A DNA stretch of 59,924 nucleotides from a virus (Duplodnaviria > Caudoviricetes): positions 1-59,924 of the IMG/VR virus record IMGVR_UViG_3300035682_000040; one strand, 5' to 3'. Positions 1 to 9,989 of the stretch are shown piece after piece. Below the pieces are notes generated by a model. The model searched no databases. It saw only the letters and a program-made list of their open reading frames with translations, and was not told the origin of the DNA. Position numbers and translations under genes: made by a program. The first letter of the stretch is position 1; the number at the start of each line of letters is the position of its first letter.

Positions 1-127
1 GGAAATACTTGGTGGTTTTATAATAATTATAGACATTCCAATGGAAGTAATTATTGGGGCACTCAGGTGGCTTGGGGTTGGGAAGATAATGCTAATAGAC
101 TAGCTACTAGAAACGTATCGGGCGGAG
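1..127. repeat. Terminal direct repeat identical to 59798-59924 (assembler overlap indicating a circular/complete contig)
   Basis: Exact 127-nt identity lying inside a coding frame; 127 is a common maximum assembly k-mer. Confidence 0.9.
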
Positions 128-1164
128 GGTTTGGTGCGTGGGTTTATTATCTAAATAGCTCAAATTATACTTCATATGCTCCGTCATTAACAGGTAGTGG
201 TGCTTCTGGAACTTGGGGTATATCAGTAACAGGTTCTTCAGCTTCTTGCACAGGCAACGCTGCTTCTGCTACAACTGCTACAAGTCAATCAGGGGGTACT
301 GTAAGTGCAACAACTGGAGCGTTTAGTGGTACTACTTCATTTCCATGTGCGCAGGGAGCATTTAATATACAGAATGGCACGGGCGATGGAGCTTCATTCA
401 CTGTTTATAACACAGCTATTCATAGCCATTGGGGTATTGGGTTTAGAGATTATCAAGATTTAACTACGGTTAAAGCATATATTGATTGTAGGTCTGGAAA
501 CATAGGAACAAGTGGGTCTTTTGTAGGTAATTTATCAGGCAACGCTGCTACTGCAACCACAGCAGGCGCATTACAAGGTCTAACAAGTGGTGCTAATGGT
601 TCAATATATACCGATGTAAACTGGGCAATGTTACTTCAAGGGTTTACCAATGGAGGATCATTTGGTTGGAGACCTACTAATGCAGTAAGTATAGCATTTA
701 GCTGCTCAAACACTGGTAATCTTAATGCTATTGGCACTATTTCAGGAACAAACATAACTACTGGCGGTAACGTCACTGGCTCATCAGCTTCTTGCACAGG
801 CAACGCTGTTACTGCTACATCGTTAACAACAATAGTTGGTTCAGCCCCTTCATACGCTTGCAGAGCATGGGTGAACTTCAACGGTACTGGTACTGTAGCT
901 ATTCGTGCAAGTGGGAATGTGTCGAGTATTACTGACAATGGTGGTGGGGATTACACGGTTAATTTTACTACTGCGATGCCTGATGCAAAGTATTCAGCAG
1001 TTGCAAATTGTAATGGCGTATCAACAACATCACTTGCCCCACACATGTTTGGAAGTGGGCAAGGTATTGCCTCATATACTGCTAGTAGCGTTAAAATACA
1101 ACTAGAACACGGAGGCGTATCGCCTGCTGATCGTGAAGTAGTTACTGTTGCAATTTTCCGCTAA
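1..1164 (+). CDS. 3' part of the fibre protein that starts at 58163
   Basis: Frame 1 open from base 1; TGSSASCTGNAATAT repeats; C-terminal RAWVNFNG...NVSSITD.G.GDYTVNF domain typical of phage fibre tips. Confidence 0.85.
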   Translation, partial: GNTWWFYNNYRHSNGSNYWGTQVAWGWEDNANRLATRNVSGGGFGAWVYYLNSSNYTSYAPSLTGSGASGTWGISVTGSSASCTGNAASATTATSQSGGTVSATTGAFSGTTSFPCAQGAFNIQNGTGDGASFTVYNTAIHSHWGIGFRDYQDLTTVKAYIDCRSGNIGTSGSFVGNLSGNAATATTAGALQGLTSGANGSIYTDVNWAMLLQGFTNGGSFGWRPTNAVSIAFSCSNTGNLNAIGTISGTNITTGGNVTGSSASCTGNAVTATSLTTIVGSAPSYACRAWVNFNGTGTVAIRASGNVSSITDNGGGDYTVNFTTAMPDAKYSAVANCNGVSTTSLAPHMFGSGQGIASYTASSVKIQLEHGGVSPADREVVTVAIFR

Positions 1165-1176
1165 AAGGGTAAAACA

Positions 1177-1368
1177 ATGAAAAGAATAATTTACAAAACA
1201 GAAGATGGCGGTGTTGCTGTAATCATACCAGCACCAGAATACCTACAAGACCACACGATTGAAGAACTTGCCGCCAAAGAAATACTTGAAGGTGTTGAGT
1301 ATGAGATTGTTGATACCGAGACTATTCCATCAGATCGTACATTCAGAGGAGCATGGCAATGGGCATAA
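1177..1368 (+). CDS. Fibre-associated small protein (assembly chaperone-like)
   Basis: GGVAVIIPA...IPSDRTFRGAW motif; directly follows the fibre gene. Confidence 0.6.
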   Translation: MKRIIYKTEDGGVAVIIPAPEYLQDHTIEELAAKEILEGVEYEIVDTETIPSDRTFRGAWQWA

Positions 1369-1589
1369 GTATTAACTTTACTAAAGCACAAGATATTACT
1401 AAGAACAGATTGCGTGCTGAACGTACACCTTTGCTTCAAGCACTTGATGTAGCTCAACTTAGGAATCTAGCTGACCCTGTAGCTTTAGCTGATATTGAAG
1501 CTAAGAAACAAGTGCTACGAGATGCTACTCAACAGGTTGACAGCTTGACTACGCTTGATGAACTTAAAGTAGTCCAACTGCCTGTGTAG
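1359..1589 (+). CDS. Tail fibre assembly-like protein
   Basis: RLRAERTPLLQALD...KKQVLRDAT pattern of fibre chaperones; start at 1353 or 1359. Confidence 0.6.
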   Translation: MGISINFTKAQDITKNRLRAERTPLLQALDVAQLRNLADPVALADIEAKKQVLRDATQQVDSLTTLDELKVVQLPV

Positions 1590-1656
1590 GCGGTGCAACC
1601 CGCTTGACAAGTCCAAATTGATGAACTGAAAGAACTTATAAACAAAGGAGAATAAA

Positions 1657-1881
1657 ATGGCAATTACAAAAACACAAAAATTAACACTTGTTACTTATCG
1701 AAAAGATATGGTGACTATACCTAAACAATTATACGTTGAATATCAAATTACTCTTGATGACCCTGAAGATTCTTCATTACCTGTATATACAAGTAAAGGT
1801 TATACATTGGTAGCAGATTCAGATGTTAGTAATGAAGAAGAATTAGTACAAAACATGTTCAATTTGGTATTTGATAAATAG
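1657..1881 (+). CDS. Hypothetical protein
   Basis: 74 aa ORF with AAGGAG RBS. Confidence 0.7.
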   Translation: MAITKTQKLTLVTYRKDMVTIPKQLYVEYQITLDDPEDSSLPVYTSKGYTLVADSDVSNEEELVQNMFNLVFDK

Positions 1882-1936
1882 TATATAAAACTGATTACCC
1901 CTGTCGTAACACCACTATCCTTGGAGTATATAAAAA

Positions 1937-2092
1937 ATGATTGATTTAAACTTAACATTGCAAGAAATTAACCTTATCCTACAAGCATTGGGTCAAGCAC
2001 CTTATGCGCAAGTGGCAGAGTTAGTTGAGAAGATTAAGGTACAAGCTGTTCCTCAAGTTGAGGCACTACCAAAAGAAGAAGTTTCAGAATAA
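1937..2092 (+). CDS. Small hypothetical protein, 51 aa (MIDLNLTLQEINLILQALGQAPY...)
   Basis: Not in ORF track; GGAG RBS; its TAA overlaps the next ATG (TAATG). Confidence 0.75.
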   Translation: MIDLNLTLQEINLILQALGQAPYAQVAELVEKIKVQAVPQVEALPKEEVSE

Positions 2093-2514
2093 TGTTTGGC
2101 ATAGATGATGCAATAACTTCAGTAGCTAATCTAGCTTCTACCGTTGTTGAAAGGATATACCCTGACGCAACCACGATTGAGAAAGCTAAACTTGACCGTA
2201 TAGCCGCTGAAATAAGTAATGAGTTCAACCTTGTACTAGGACAACTGGAGATAAATAAAGTCGAAGCTGCCAGTTCCAGTATATTCATCGCAGGAGCAAG
2301 ACCTGCGGCAATGTGGGTAGGAGTTATCACCTTATTCTATATAGGAATAGGTGGAAGTTTACTTAATTGGCTTGCTTTATGCTTCAACTTACCCCCATTC
2401 CCCGTTGTGGTCAATTCAGCAAGTACAGACATACTTATAGGGTTATTAGGACTTGGAGGTTTAAGGACTTTTGATAAGTTAAAAGGTATTGATACAAAGA
2501 TTGTAGGAAAGTAG
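2092..2514 (+). CDS. Holin, 3TM/GTA-holin-like family
   Basis: ARPAAMWVG...LLGLGGLRTFDKLKG signature and hydrophobic segments. Confidence 0.75.
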   Translation: MFGIDDAITSVANLASTVVERIYPDATTIEKAKLDRIAAEISNEFNLVLGQLEINKVEAASSSIFIAGARPAAMWVGVITLFYIGIGGSLLNWLALCFNLPPFPVVVNSASTDILIGLLGLGGLRTFDKLKGIDTKIVGK

Positions 2515-2543
2515 TTGCAGATTAACTAAATCTATGCTATTTT
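2515..2543 (+). promoter_or_regulatory. Possible sigma70-type promoter for neck/tail genes
   Basis: TTGCAG-N17-TATTTT with TGn extension. Confidence 0.35.
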
Positions 2544-2577
2544 AATAGTAATATATATTCTTTTATTAGGTAGATAA

Positions 2578-3084
2578 ATGTCATTAATTGTTGAAGATGG
2601 GACTGGTACTTTAGCATCTGAATCCTATTGTTCAGTAGCTTTTGCGGATACTTACCACACTAATCGTGGTAATACTGCTTGGGACAATTTAGGTACTTCA
2701 GATAAAGAAGCCATGTTGCGTAAAGCAACTGATTACATGGTACAAGTTTATAGGGCTTCATGGAAAGGCTATAAAGTTTTGTCTACTCAAGCATTAGACT
2801 TTCCTAGAAAGGAACTTTATTTAGTTGGCGAAATTATTAATAATACTACTCCTATAAGTAGTACCTCAGTACCTTCTGAAGTTCAAAAAGCATGTACTGA
2901 ATTAGCTTTAAAAGCAATTACTGATAGCCTTTTAATTGATACTGAACAACAAGTAGTTAAAGAAACTATTGGACCTATTTCTACAGAATATCAACCTTTT
3001 GACAATAAGTATAAACAATATACGGCTGTTGAAGCAATGCTTAGACCTTATTTAAAAAGTAGTGCAACTAAGGCAATAAGATAA
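2578..3084 (+). CDS. Head-tail adaptor (DnaT-like domain family)
   Basis: MSLIVEDGTG...SY.SVA.AD.Y...QALDFPR...ETIGPISTEY motifs; position ahead of neck genes. Confidence 0.75.
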   Translation: MSLIVEDGTGTLASESYCSVAFADTYHTNRGNTAWDNLGTSDKEAMLRKATDYMVQVYRASWKGYKVLSTQALDFPRKELYLVGEIINNTTPISSTSVPSEVQKACTELALKAITDSLLIDTEQQVVKETIGPISTEYQPFDNKYKQYTAVEAMLRPYLKSSATKAIR

Positions 3085-3085
3085 A

Positions 3086-3469
3086 ATGAGTTATTTAAAG
3101 AATCAAGCTACTGCTGATAAGCTTCTTAAAAAGTTTGGACAAAGCATGACTTTGACCAGTAAAACTCCAGGAACTTATAATACTGCAACTGGTTCTTTAA
3201 CTGTTAGTGAAACTACACAAACTATTATTGGTGCTGTATTTGAATGGGGTACATTTAATCATCCCGGATATGGAACTGAATATGGTGTAGGTGATTTAAT
3301 TCAAATACAGGATCAACAATTATTTATATCGGCAGTAGGTATTATACCGCCAAACTTAGGTGATACGGTACTTATACAGGACAAGGAATACACTATTGTA
3401 GCCCCGTTAAAACAAATAGCCCCTGCTGGTATTACTGTGGTTATTATGTGTAATATTAGGGGTGTTTGA
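3086..3469 (+). CDS. Head closure / stopper protein
   Basis: A.KLLKKFGQ...YN.ATG motif; synteny. Confidence 0.65.
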   Translation: MSYLKNQATADKLLKKFGQSMTLTSKTPGTYNTATGSLTVSETTQTIIGAVFEWGTFNHPGYGTEYGVGDLIQIQDQQLFISAVGIIPPNLGDTVLIQDKEYTIVAPLKQIAPAGITVVIMCNIRGV

Positions 3470-3897
3470 TGGGCATCTTTTTAAAAGATATACAACAATT
3501 TATTGATTCAACAACTATTAAAGAACATAAAATAGTTAAAGAAATCGTTACGGATATTATAGATTTCCCTATTCAACATTCACCTGTATTATCAGGTAAC
3601 TTTGTTTCTAACTGGTTGTTAGGTTTGGATAACGCAATTCCATGGGGTGTTACTGGTGAAAAGAATGGTGATAAAAATGCTATTGCTGATAGGCTAATTG
3701 CAAAGATACCTGAGGATGCTGCTAATCATACTTATAACTTAGTTAATAATACTAGCTATGCTCAAGCATTAGAAGATGGTACTGGTACTGCAAATCCAGG
3801 AAAACCTTATAGCCCTAAAGCTCCTCATGGTATGATAGGATTAACTAAGGTTCACATGCCAGAAATTATTAGACGTGTACTTGCAAGGAATAAATAA
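3466..3897 (+). CDS. Neck / tail completion protein (HK97 gp10-like)
   Basis: SPV.SG.F..NW, NN..YA..LE.G and S.KAP.GM motifs. Confidence 0.7.
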   Translation: MMGIFLKDIQQFIDSTTIKEHKIVKEIVTDIIDFPIQHSPVLSGNFVSNWLLGLDNAIPWGVTGEKNGDKNAIADRLIAKIPEDAANHTYNLVNNTSYAQALEDGTGTANPGKPYSPKAPHGMIGLTKVHMPEIIRRVLARNK

Positions 3898-4307
3898 TGT
3901 CAGTACTAAATATTAAAGCTGCAATAGAAACGGCATTAAATACAATAACCCCTGCATTGCCTACTGTGTGGGAAAATACAACTTATGTTCCTGTAACAGG
4001 ACAAGCTTACCAACAACTTTGGTTTTTAGATTTTATAACAAAACATATTGAAATTAATGCTACATCTTATCAAATAGATAGTTATTTTCAAATAGATTTA
4101 ATGTTTCCTTTACTATCAGGTACGGGTACAATTTTAGCAAGGGCTGAAGTAATTAAGTCATTGTTTAAACAAGGTTCTTCCTTTATAAATGGTGGGCAAA
4201 CTGTAAATATTACAGAAACACCTAGTATTTCTTCTGGTAGAGTGGATGGTAATTGTTGGAAAATTATAGTAAAAGTTTATTATTCATCTTGGATAATAGT
4301 TAATTAA
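3897..4307 (+). CDS. Tail terminator protein
   Basis: WEN..Y.P, FQID...P...G and A..I...F..G motifs; immediately before the tail tube gene. Confidence 0.7.
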   Translation: MSVLNIKAAIETALNTITPALPTVWENTTYVPVTGQAYQQLWFLDFITKHIEINATSYQIDSYFQIDLMFPLLSGTGTILARAEVIKSLFKQGSSFINGGQTVNITETPSISSGRVDGNCWKIIVKVYYSSWIIVN

Positions 4308-4321
4308 ATTAGGAGATTAAA

Positions 4322-5542
4322 ATGAGTATTGCTCAAGGTATTAATAAAGTTCTTGTATTTTTCAAGCAAACAGGGCTAGGTGTTCCAGGAACAGTTGGAG
4401 CTCATGTGGGTTCACAAGCTATGAGACGTGAAACTGGTATGGGTAAATTAGCAAAGGCTAATTTTGCTAACACAGAAATAAGCACATCCCAGCAATCAAC
4501 TGGAAAGCAATATGGTTTAAGAAGTGCTAGTTATGCGTTATCAGGTTTATTATCACCTAATACTTATTCAACTTTGTTTGCTTCATTGTTGCGTAAAGTA
4601 TTTACTGCTACAACTTCCTTAACTGGTTTAGGTTTAGCTATTAGTGGAACGGTTGGTGCTTATACTGCTACTGGTACAGGTTTTCTTGTTGGTGGTTTAA
4701 AAATAGGTGATGTATTTAGAATTACAGTTGGTACTGGTTTAGCTGCTGATAACCTTAATAAGAACTTTCTTATTATTAATGTAACCGCTACTGTTATTAC
4801 ATTTGCGGTAGTTAATGGAAGTACTGTTACTGCTGGTACTGGTACTGCTTGTACTATTGCTGTTCCAGGAAAAAAAGTAATAGCACCTATAACTGGTCAG
4901 ACTCAAGAGTATTGGACTATTGAGGAATGGCAAAGTGATATATCTCAATCTGAATTATTTACCGATATGGTAATGGCTTCTGCTGATATAGGGCTACCTA
5001 GTTCTGGTAATACTACTTGTGCATTTAACTTAGCTGGTTTGAACCGAGTTACTGGTGCAACGCAAGTTTTAACTGCTCCTGCTGCTGTTACTACAACTCC
5101 TATTTTAACCGCTGTACAAGGTGATATTATAGTTAATGGCATTACTGTTGCTAATATTACTGGTGCTACTATTAAAATTGATTGTGCTGCTGCTAATATG
5201 GGTGGTGTTATTGGAACTAACTTTTCACCAGATGTACAACGTCAAGTAATTTCAGTATCAGGTCAACTTACTGCATTTTATCAAGACGGTGTATTTCCTG
5301 GATATTTTGATAATGCAACTCCAATTAATGTGGTTATAGTAGTAGCTAATGATAATACTGCTGCATCTGAGTTTGTATCATTTTCAATGTCATCTGTTAC
5401 TCTTGATGGTGATGATAAAGACGATGGTCAAAAGGGTATTGTTAGAACATATCCTTTTACTGCTAAAATGAATCCTAGTGGTGGTGCTGCATTAGCAAAC
5501 GACCAAACTATTATTAGTATTCAAGATAGTCTTGCTGCATAA
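4322..5542 (+). CDS. Major tail (tube) protein
   Basis: 406 aa with strong AGGAG RBS, VSGQLTAFY motif, position before chaperone and tape measure. Confidence 0.8.
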   Translation: MSIAQGINKVLVFFKQTGLGVPGTVGAHVGSQAMRRETGMGKLAKANFANTEISTSQQSTGKQYGLRSASYALSGLLSPNTYSTLFASLLRKVFTATTSLTGLGLAISGTVGAYTATGTGFLVGGLKIGDVFRITVGTGLAADNLNKNFLIINVTATVITFAVVNGSTVTAGTGTACTIAVPGKKVIAPITGQTQEYWTIEEWQSDISQSELFTDMVMASADIGLPSSGNTTCAFNLAGLNRVTGATQVLTAPAAVTTTPILTAVQGDIIVNGITVANITGATIKIDCAAANMGGVIGTNFSPDVQRQVISVSGQLTAFYQDGVFPGYFDNATPINVVIVVANDNTAASEFVSFSMSSVTLDGDDKDDGQKGIVRTYPFTAKMNPSGGAALANDQTIISIQDSLAA

Positions 5543-5558
5543 GTTGTAAATGTTTTAA

Positions 5559-5590
5559 AACGCCTGTACACTGTATGGGCGTTCTTACTT
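5559..5590 (+). terminator. Stem-loop after the tail tube gene (terminator-like; overlaps a TTGTAA-N17-TACACT promoter-like sequence at 5544-5572)
   Basis: AACGCCTGTAC-ACT-GTATGGGCGTT followed by CTTACTT. Confidence 0.5.
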
Positions 5591-5612
5591 AAATAAATAG
5601 GATATAATTATA

Positions 5613-6038
5613 ATGACTTTAACCACACAACCAGAAAAAGCTTTACCCTCAATTCACGATTTTAATGCTACTAAGCAATCTGAGATTGGTTTTGAATTTG
5701 AATATGAAAATGAACTTGGTAAAGGTACAGGTTTTTTTATTACTGTTATTGGCGACCAAGCTGAATCTGTTAAAAAGGCTGTATTTGCTAAGATTAATAA
5801 AGAACGTAATCAAGCCGCTATACTTAAAAAACGGGGTAAGGATGAACCTGTTAAATCTATTGAAGAACTAATTGAAGATAATATTGAGGGTGTTGCAGCT
5901 TGTATTATTGATTGGCGTGGTGTTGCTGAACCTTATACTCAAGAATCAGCATTTTTAATTTGCCAAAATAACAAATTAATTTATGACCAAGTAAAGGCTG
6001 CTTCGGAAAACCTTGCAAATTTTACCAAGAGCAAATAG
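5613..6038 (+). CDS. Tail assembly chaperone (gpG-like)
   Basis: Between tail tube and tape measure; IIDWRGV...LANF end. Confidence 0.8.
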   Translation: MTLTTQPEKALPSIHDFNATKQSEIGFEFEYENELGKGTGFFITVIGDQAESVKKAVFAKINKERNQAAILKKRGKDEPVKSIEELIEDNIEGVAACIIDWRGVAEPYTQESAFLICQNNKLIYDQVKAASENLANFTKSK

Positions 6039-6385
6039 AAGATTTACTTTTATTTGCCGAATCAGAATTTTTATTAAGTGAAACAGAAGGTGATGGGGAG
6101 AGTTTACGAAATCACCTTGAATCAATTTATAGGCAAACTGGTAAAAAACCTGCTCAATTAGAACAAATAGAATTCCCACATACAATGCAACTTGTGTGGG
6201 AATCATTTAAAAGTTTAAACCAAACTCGAACTTATTCTGAAGTTAGAGCTAACCCTATAAGTTATTCTGAAATATTAGCTTGGAATATATTAACTGAAAC
6301 TAATATTAGTGCAAAAGAAATACAAATTTTAAAGATACTAGATAATTCATTTTTAGTTCATTTAGCAAAACAAAGTAAGGAATAG
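6017..6385 (+). CDS. -1 frameshift extension of the chaperone (gpGT-like, about 257 aa fusion)
   Basis: In-phase slippery heptamer A AAT TTT at 6017-6023; the -1 frame is open from 6023 to the stop at 6385 and includes the 6185..6385 ORF. Confidence 0.8.
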   Translation, partial: KFYQEQIEDLLLFAESEFLLSETEGDGESLRNHLESIYRQTGKKPAQLEQIEFPHTMQLVWESFKSLNQTRTYSEVRANPISYSEILAWNILTETNISAKEIQILKILDNSFLVHLAKQSKE

Positions 6386-6387
6386 AT

Positions 6388-9300
6388 ATGTCAGATCAAA
6401 CTTTAGCAAGCTTGGGTATTAAATTTGCTACAGAAGGAGTTGATACATCTCTTTCTGATATGAAACGTCTACTTACAGGTGCAGAAAATACTTATAACGG
6501 TATAGCTGAATCTCGTCTTCTACTTAGTCAAAAAACTATAGCCCAACTAGCCTTAGAAAAAGAAGGTGTTACTAGGGATTTAGCAATAAAAGCTGAACAA
6601 GCTACTAAAGAAATAGAAATTGAAACTCAAAAACAAGCTAAACTTAGAGCTTTATCTGGTTATGGTTTTTCAGGTTCATCTAATACAAGTTCTATGATAG
6701 ATGATAGTACCGCTAGGGCTGCTAAACAAAAAGAATTATCTGATACAAGAAAGGATAGAGAAAAATTAAATAGCGACCATATTCTTGCAATAGCTGAAAA
6801 TGAATCTAGAATGCGTATTTCTATAGCCCATGAAACGGCTCTTAGAATGAACGCTACTATGGATCAATATTATGCTAATCAAGCTTCACTAGCTGAAATG
6901 GCTGCAAAACGTAGTAATGAAATTTCAGATCAACAATTATTCCATGAAAAATCAAATAACACTGCGTACCGTAATAACCGTATATCCATGTACACTCAAA
7001 TGTTTAATGAGATAGAGGCTAAGGAAAAAGCATCCGCTGAAGAAACTAAAAAACGAGCAACTGAAACTCATGGTCATTTGGATAGACTAATGATGCGAAC
7101 AGCCTCCATTGTGGCTGCAATGGCTTCCTATCGAATTATTAGTGCTTTTATTGAAGTACCTGCGGAAATACTTAAAACCAATATTGAAATGGAAAAACTT
7201 CGAGTATTATTGGAAGGTGTTACAGGTTCTGTACAAAACGCAAGATTAGAATTTAATCGTTTATTAGCATTAGATATTAAAACCCCTTTTGATATTAAAG
7301 GTTTAACTGAAACTTTTGTTATGTTAAAGAATTATGGGCTTGAACCTACTGATATGGTAATGAAGTCCTTAACCGATAGTGTGGCTAAACTAGGTGGTAG
7401 TACTGAACAGTTAATAGGTATAGGTAGGCAGTTGGGTCAAGCTTGGGCAAAAGACAAGCTACAGCAAATAGACATGCGACCTATGATTGAAAATGGTTTA
7501 CCTGTAATTAGTTTATTGGCTAGTGCTTTAAAAACAAGTACTTCTGAAATTCTTGCAATGTCAAAAGCAGGTACTATAGGTAGGCAAGAAATGTTATTAC
7601 TTTTTGCTGAAATGCAAAAAGACGCACCTAATGCTGCTGCAAGGAATATGGATACTTTGCGTGGTTCTTTATCAAACGTAACTACAGCATGGACACAATT
7701 TCAAGATGCTATATTAGAGGATAAATCTGAGGGTGTACTAAAACGTATTTTTGAAAGTTGGAGTTCAATGCTATTCAAATGGCGTGATGATATTTCTGGT
7801 ATTGTTAATCAAACAAATGCAATGGCAGAAAATTTAATGAAGTTGGAAAGTGTTAGAAGTCAAATGCCTATAGCTCAAAAAAACCCTATAGCTGCTGAAC
7901 TTATGTCTTTATCAGGTCTTGGATATACTTACGCTGAATTAGTTGAAAAGGAAAGAGAACTTTTATTTACTCAAGATAAAATTCTTACTGCTATGGAAAA
8001 AGAAAGTCTTGCTGCTTATAAACTTAAGGACACTTCTGAATCAAAATTAGAACTTGATAAAAAAGCACTTGAACTTTCTGAAAAACAAGAAAAAGCTTTA
8101 ATTAGACAATTAGAATTTGAGGGCAAGATAAACCAATCTAAAATGGAACTTGCTAATGCGCTTATTGATGCTCAAATAAAGGATGAACAAAGGTTAAATA
8201 CAACTAAAGTTGCTGGTTATGAATTAGAACGTAAACAAAATGATGAAGCTTTGAGTAGAAATGAAATCTCAGCTAAACGTAGATATGATGTTGAAATTGA
8301 TTTAATTCAAAAACTTAAAGCTGCAGAACTTCAAAAACTTAATGAAATTGAAAGTTTAGAAAAACAAAAGATAGCTACAAAAGTTTTAGATGTTGATAAA
8401 GCTTGGCTTGCTATATTAGAAATTGAGGATAAGTCTGGTAAAAAAGGAACCGTTAATACAGCATCAATGGCAATGGGTCCTGGACAAGCAATGCCTAGAA
8501 CTTTGGCTGGTATTAACGAAAAAGGAGAAGATGTTGGTGTAGGTTTTGGTGTGGCTAGATTTAAACCTGCTGTTGATGAAAACCTCATGGGTATGTTAGG
8601 TGATTATAATAAAATTAAAGATTTTGCCACACGGCACGATGCTGAACTAAAAGAATGGTCAGAAAGGTATTGGAAAGCTTTAGTTTTAAATTATGGAAGT
8701 GTTGAAGAAGCTTTAAAGCATTATGGTGATGGTACAGTTAAATATAGTAAGGATGTTATGGCAGCCTACTCTATGATAACAGGTGCTACAAAAGACCAAA
8801 TTAAATTAGATTCTGATGCAAAGGATACTCTTGATGATAGAGCAAAAGCAGTAGCTAAATATGCTGCTATGGAACAAGATGCACGAAATAAATTAATTAA
8901 ATCTTCTTATGAATATCAAAAGATGTTGGAAGAAGAAAGTTTAAAAACTATTCAAATTACAGGTACTTCAAAACAGTATAGGGATGCTAACTTAGCTTAT
9001 CAAGAAAAGTATAATGTTGAATTACAAAAAGCTATAGCTATTCAAGATAAAGTAGGTGAAGCTATAATTAGAACTCGTATGGCTGCTGAAAATAAAAAAC
9101 CAATATTTGATCTTCAAAAGGAAAACGATTTAATTATTAAAAATGAGGATGCACAATCTAAATTTAATGACCAATTAAGTAAAGCTCGTAACTTATTAGA
9201 TGATGGTGTTATTAATGAAACTGAATTTAATAAAGAAATGGGTAGGTTAGCTCAATCATACAATGAAAATTTTGTAGACCCTGTAGAAACTTATACTAAA

Positions 9301-9987
9301 AGAATGAGTCAATTTGCTATTCAAGCTGCTCGTAATATGCAATCAGGTTTTGCTCAATTTCTTTATGATCCATTTAAAAATGGACTTAAAGGTATGCTTA
9401 GTGGTTTTATAGATATGTTGCGTAAAATGGCTGCTGAAGCTGCTGCTGCCCAAATTTTTGATAGAATGTTAGGTGTTAAAAATTCCGCTGGTGTGTCAAG
9501 CGGAGGTTGGCTTGGTACATTAGCTAGCGGTATAATGGGAGCTTTTGGTAGTGCAAATATGGGTGGTCAAAGCATTTACTCATCTACTACTGGTTTGGGA
9601 ACCGCTGGACCAAACTATGGGTATGCTGATGGTGGTGTAGTATCAGGTAAAGGCATTTCAGCCTACTCAGGAAGTGTGGTTAGCTCACCTACAGTATTTC
9701 CATTTGCAAACGGTACTGGTTTAATGGGTGAAGCTGGTCCAGAAGCTATTTTACCATTAAAAAGAACGCCTTCCGGTTCTTTAGGTGTTCAAACATCTGG
9801 TAATAAAAGTAGCGGTGATACTATAAACAATGTTACTATTAATGTACAAGCTGCTAAGGAAGAAAGTGCTTCAGATATTGGTCAAAAAACTGCTGAAGCA
9901 TTTATGAGGACTATAGCAAAACAAGAAATTACAAATGCTAACCGTCCTGGAAATCAGTTAAATAGAACTACTACTTTTGGAGCTTAG
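6388..9987 (+). CDS. Tape measure protein with an embedded lytic-transglycosylase-like domain
   Basis: 1199 aa helical protein; tape-measure motif (TPFDI..L...F..L...G, LGQAWAKDKLQ); C-terminal GLMGEAGPEAILPL. Confidence 0.9.
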   Translation: MSDQTLASLGIKFATEGVDTSLSDMKRLLTGAENTYNGIAESRLLLSQKTIAQLALEKEGVTRDLAIKAEQATKEIEIETQKQAKLRALSGYGFSGSSNTSSMIDDSTARAAKQKELSDTRKDREKLNSDHILAIAENESRMRISIAHETALRMNATMDQYYANQASLAEMAAKRSNEISDQQLFHEKSNNTAYRNNRISMYTQMFNEIEAKEKASAEETKKRATETHGHLDRLMMRTASIVAAMASYRIISAFIEVPAEILKTNIEMEKLRVLLEGVTGSVQNARLEFNRLLALDIKTPFDIKGLTETFVMLKNYGLEPTDMVMKSLTDSVAKLGGSTEQLIGIGRQLGQAWAKDKLQQIDMRPMIENGLPVISLLASALKTSTSEILAMSKAGTIGRQEMLLLFAEMQKDAPNAAARNMDTLRGSLSNVTTAWTQFQDAILEDKSEGVLKRIFESWSSMLFKWRDDISGIVNQTNAMAENLMKLESVRSQMPIAQKNPIAAELMSLSGLGYTYAELVEKERELLFTQDKILTAMEKESLAAYKLKDTSESKLELDKKALELSEKQEKALIRQLEFEGKINQSKMELANALIDAQIKDEQRLNTTKVAGYELERKQNDEALSRNEISAKRRYDVEIDLIQKLKAAELQKLNEIESLEKQKIATKVLDVDKAWLAILEIEDKSGKKGTVNTASMAMGPGQAMPRTLAGINEKGEDVGVGFGVARFKPAVDENLMGMLGDYNKIKDFATRHDAELKEWSERYWKALVLNYGSVEEALKHYGDGTVKYSKDVMAAYSMITGATKDQIKLDSDAKDTLDDRAKAVAKYAAMEQDARNKLIKSSYEYQKMLEEESLKTIQITGTSKQYRDANLAYQEKYNVELQKAIAIQDKVGEAIIRTRMAAENKKPIFDLQKENDLIIKNEDAQSKFNDQLSKARNLLDDGVINETEFNKEMGRLAQSYNENFVDPVETYTKRMSQFAIQAARNMQSGFAQFLYDPFKNGLKGMLSGFIDMLRKMAAEAAAAQIFDRMLGVKNSAGVSSGGWLGTLASGIMGAFGSANMGGQSIYSSTTGLGTAGPNYGYADGGVVSGKGISAYSGSVVSSPTVFPFANGTGLMGEAGPEAILPLKRTPSGSLGVQTSGNKSSGDTINNVTINVQAAKEESASDIGQKTAEAFMRTIAKQEITNANRPGNQLNRTTTFGA

Positions 9988-9989
9988 TA

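Noticed and set aside
238-808. Diversity-generating retroelement or invertible shufflon at the fibre gene
   Set aside because: No reverse transcriptase or site-specific recombinase found; repeats are short and direct, with no adenine-specific template/variable pair.
1177-1589. Frameshifted pseudogene of a single fibre chaperone
   Set aside because: Both ORFs are intact with overlapping stop/start and an upstream GAGGAG; a naturally split gene pair is sufficient.
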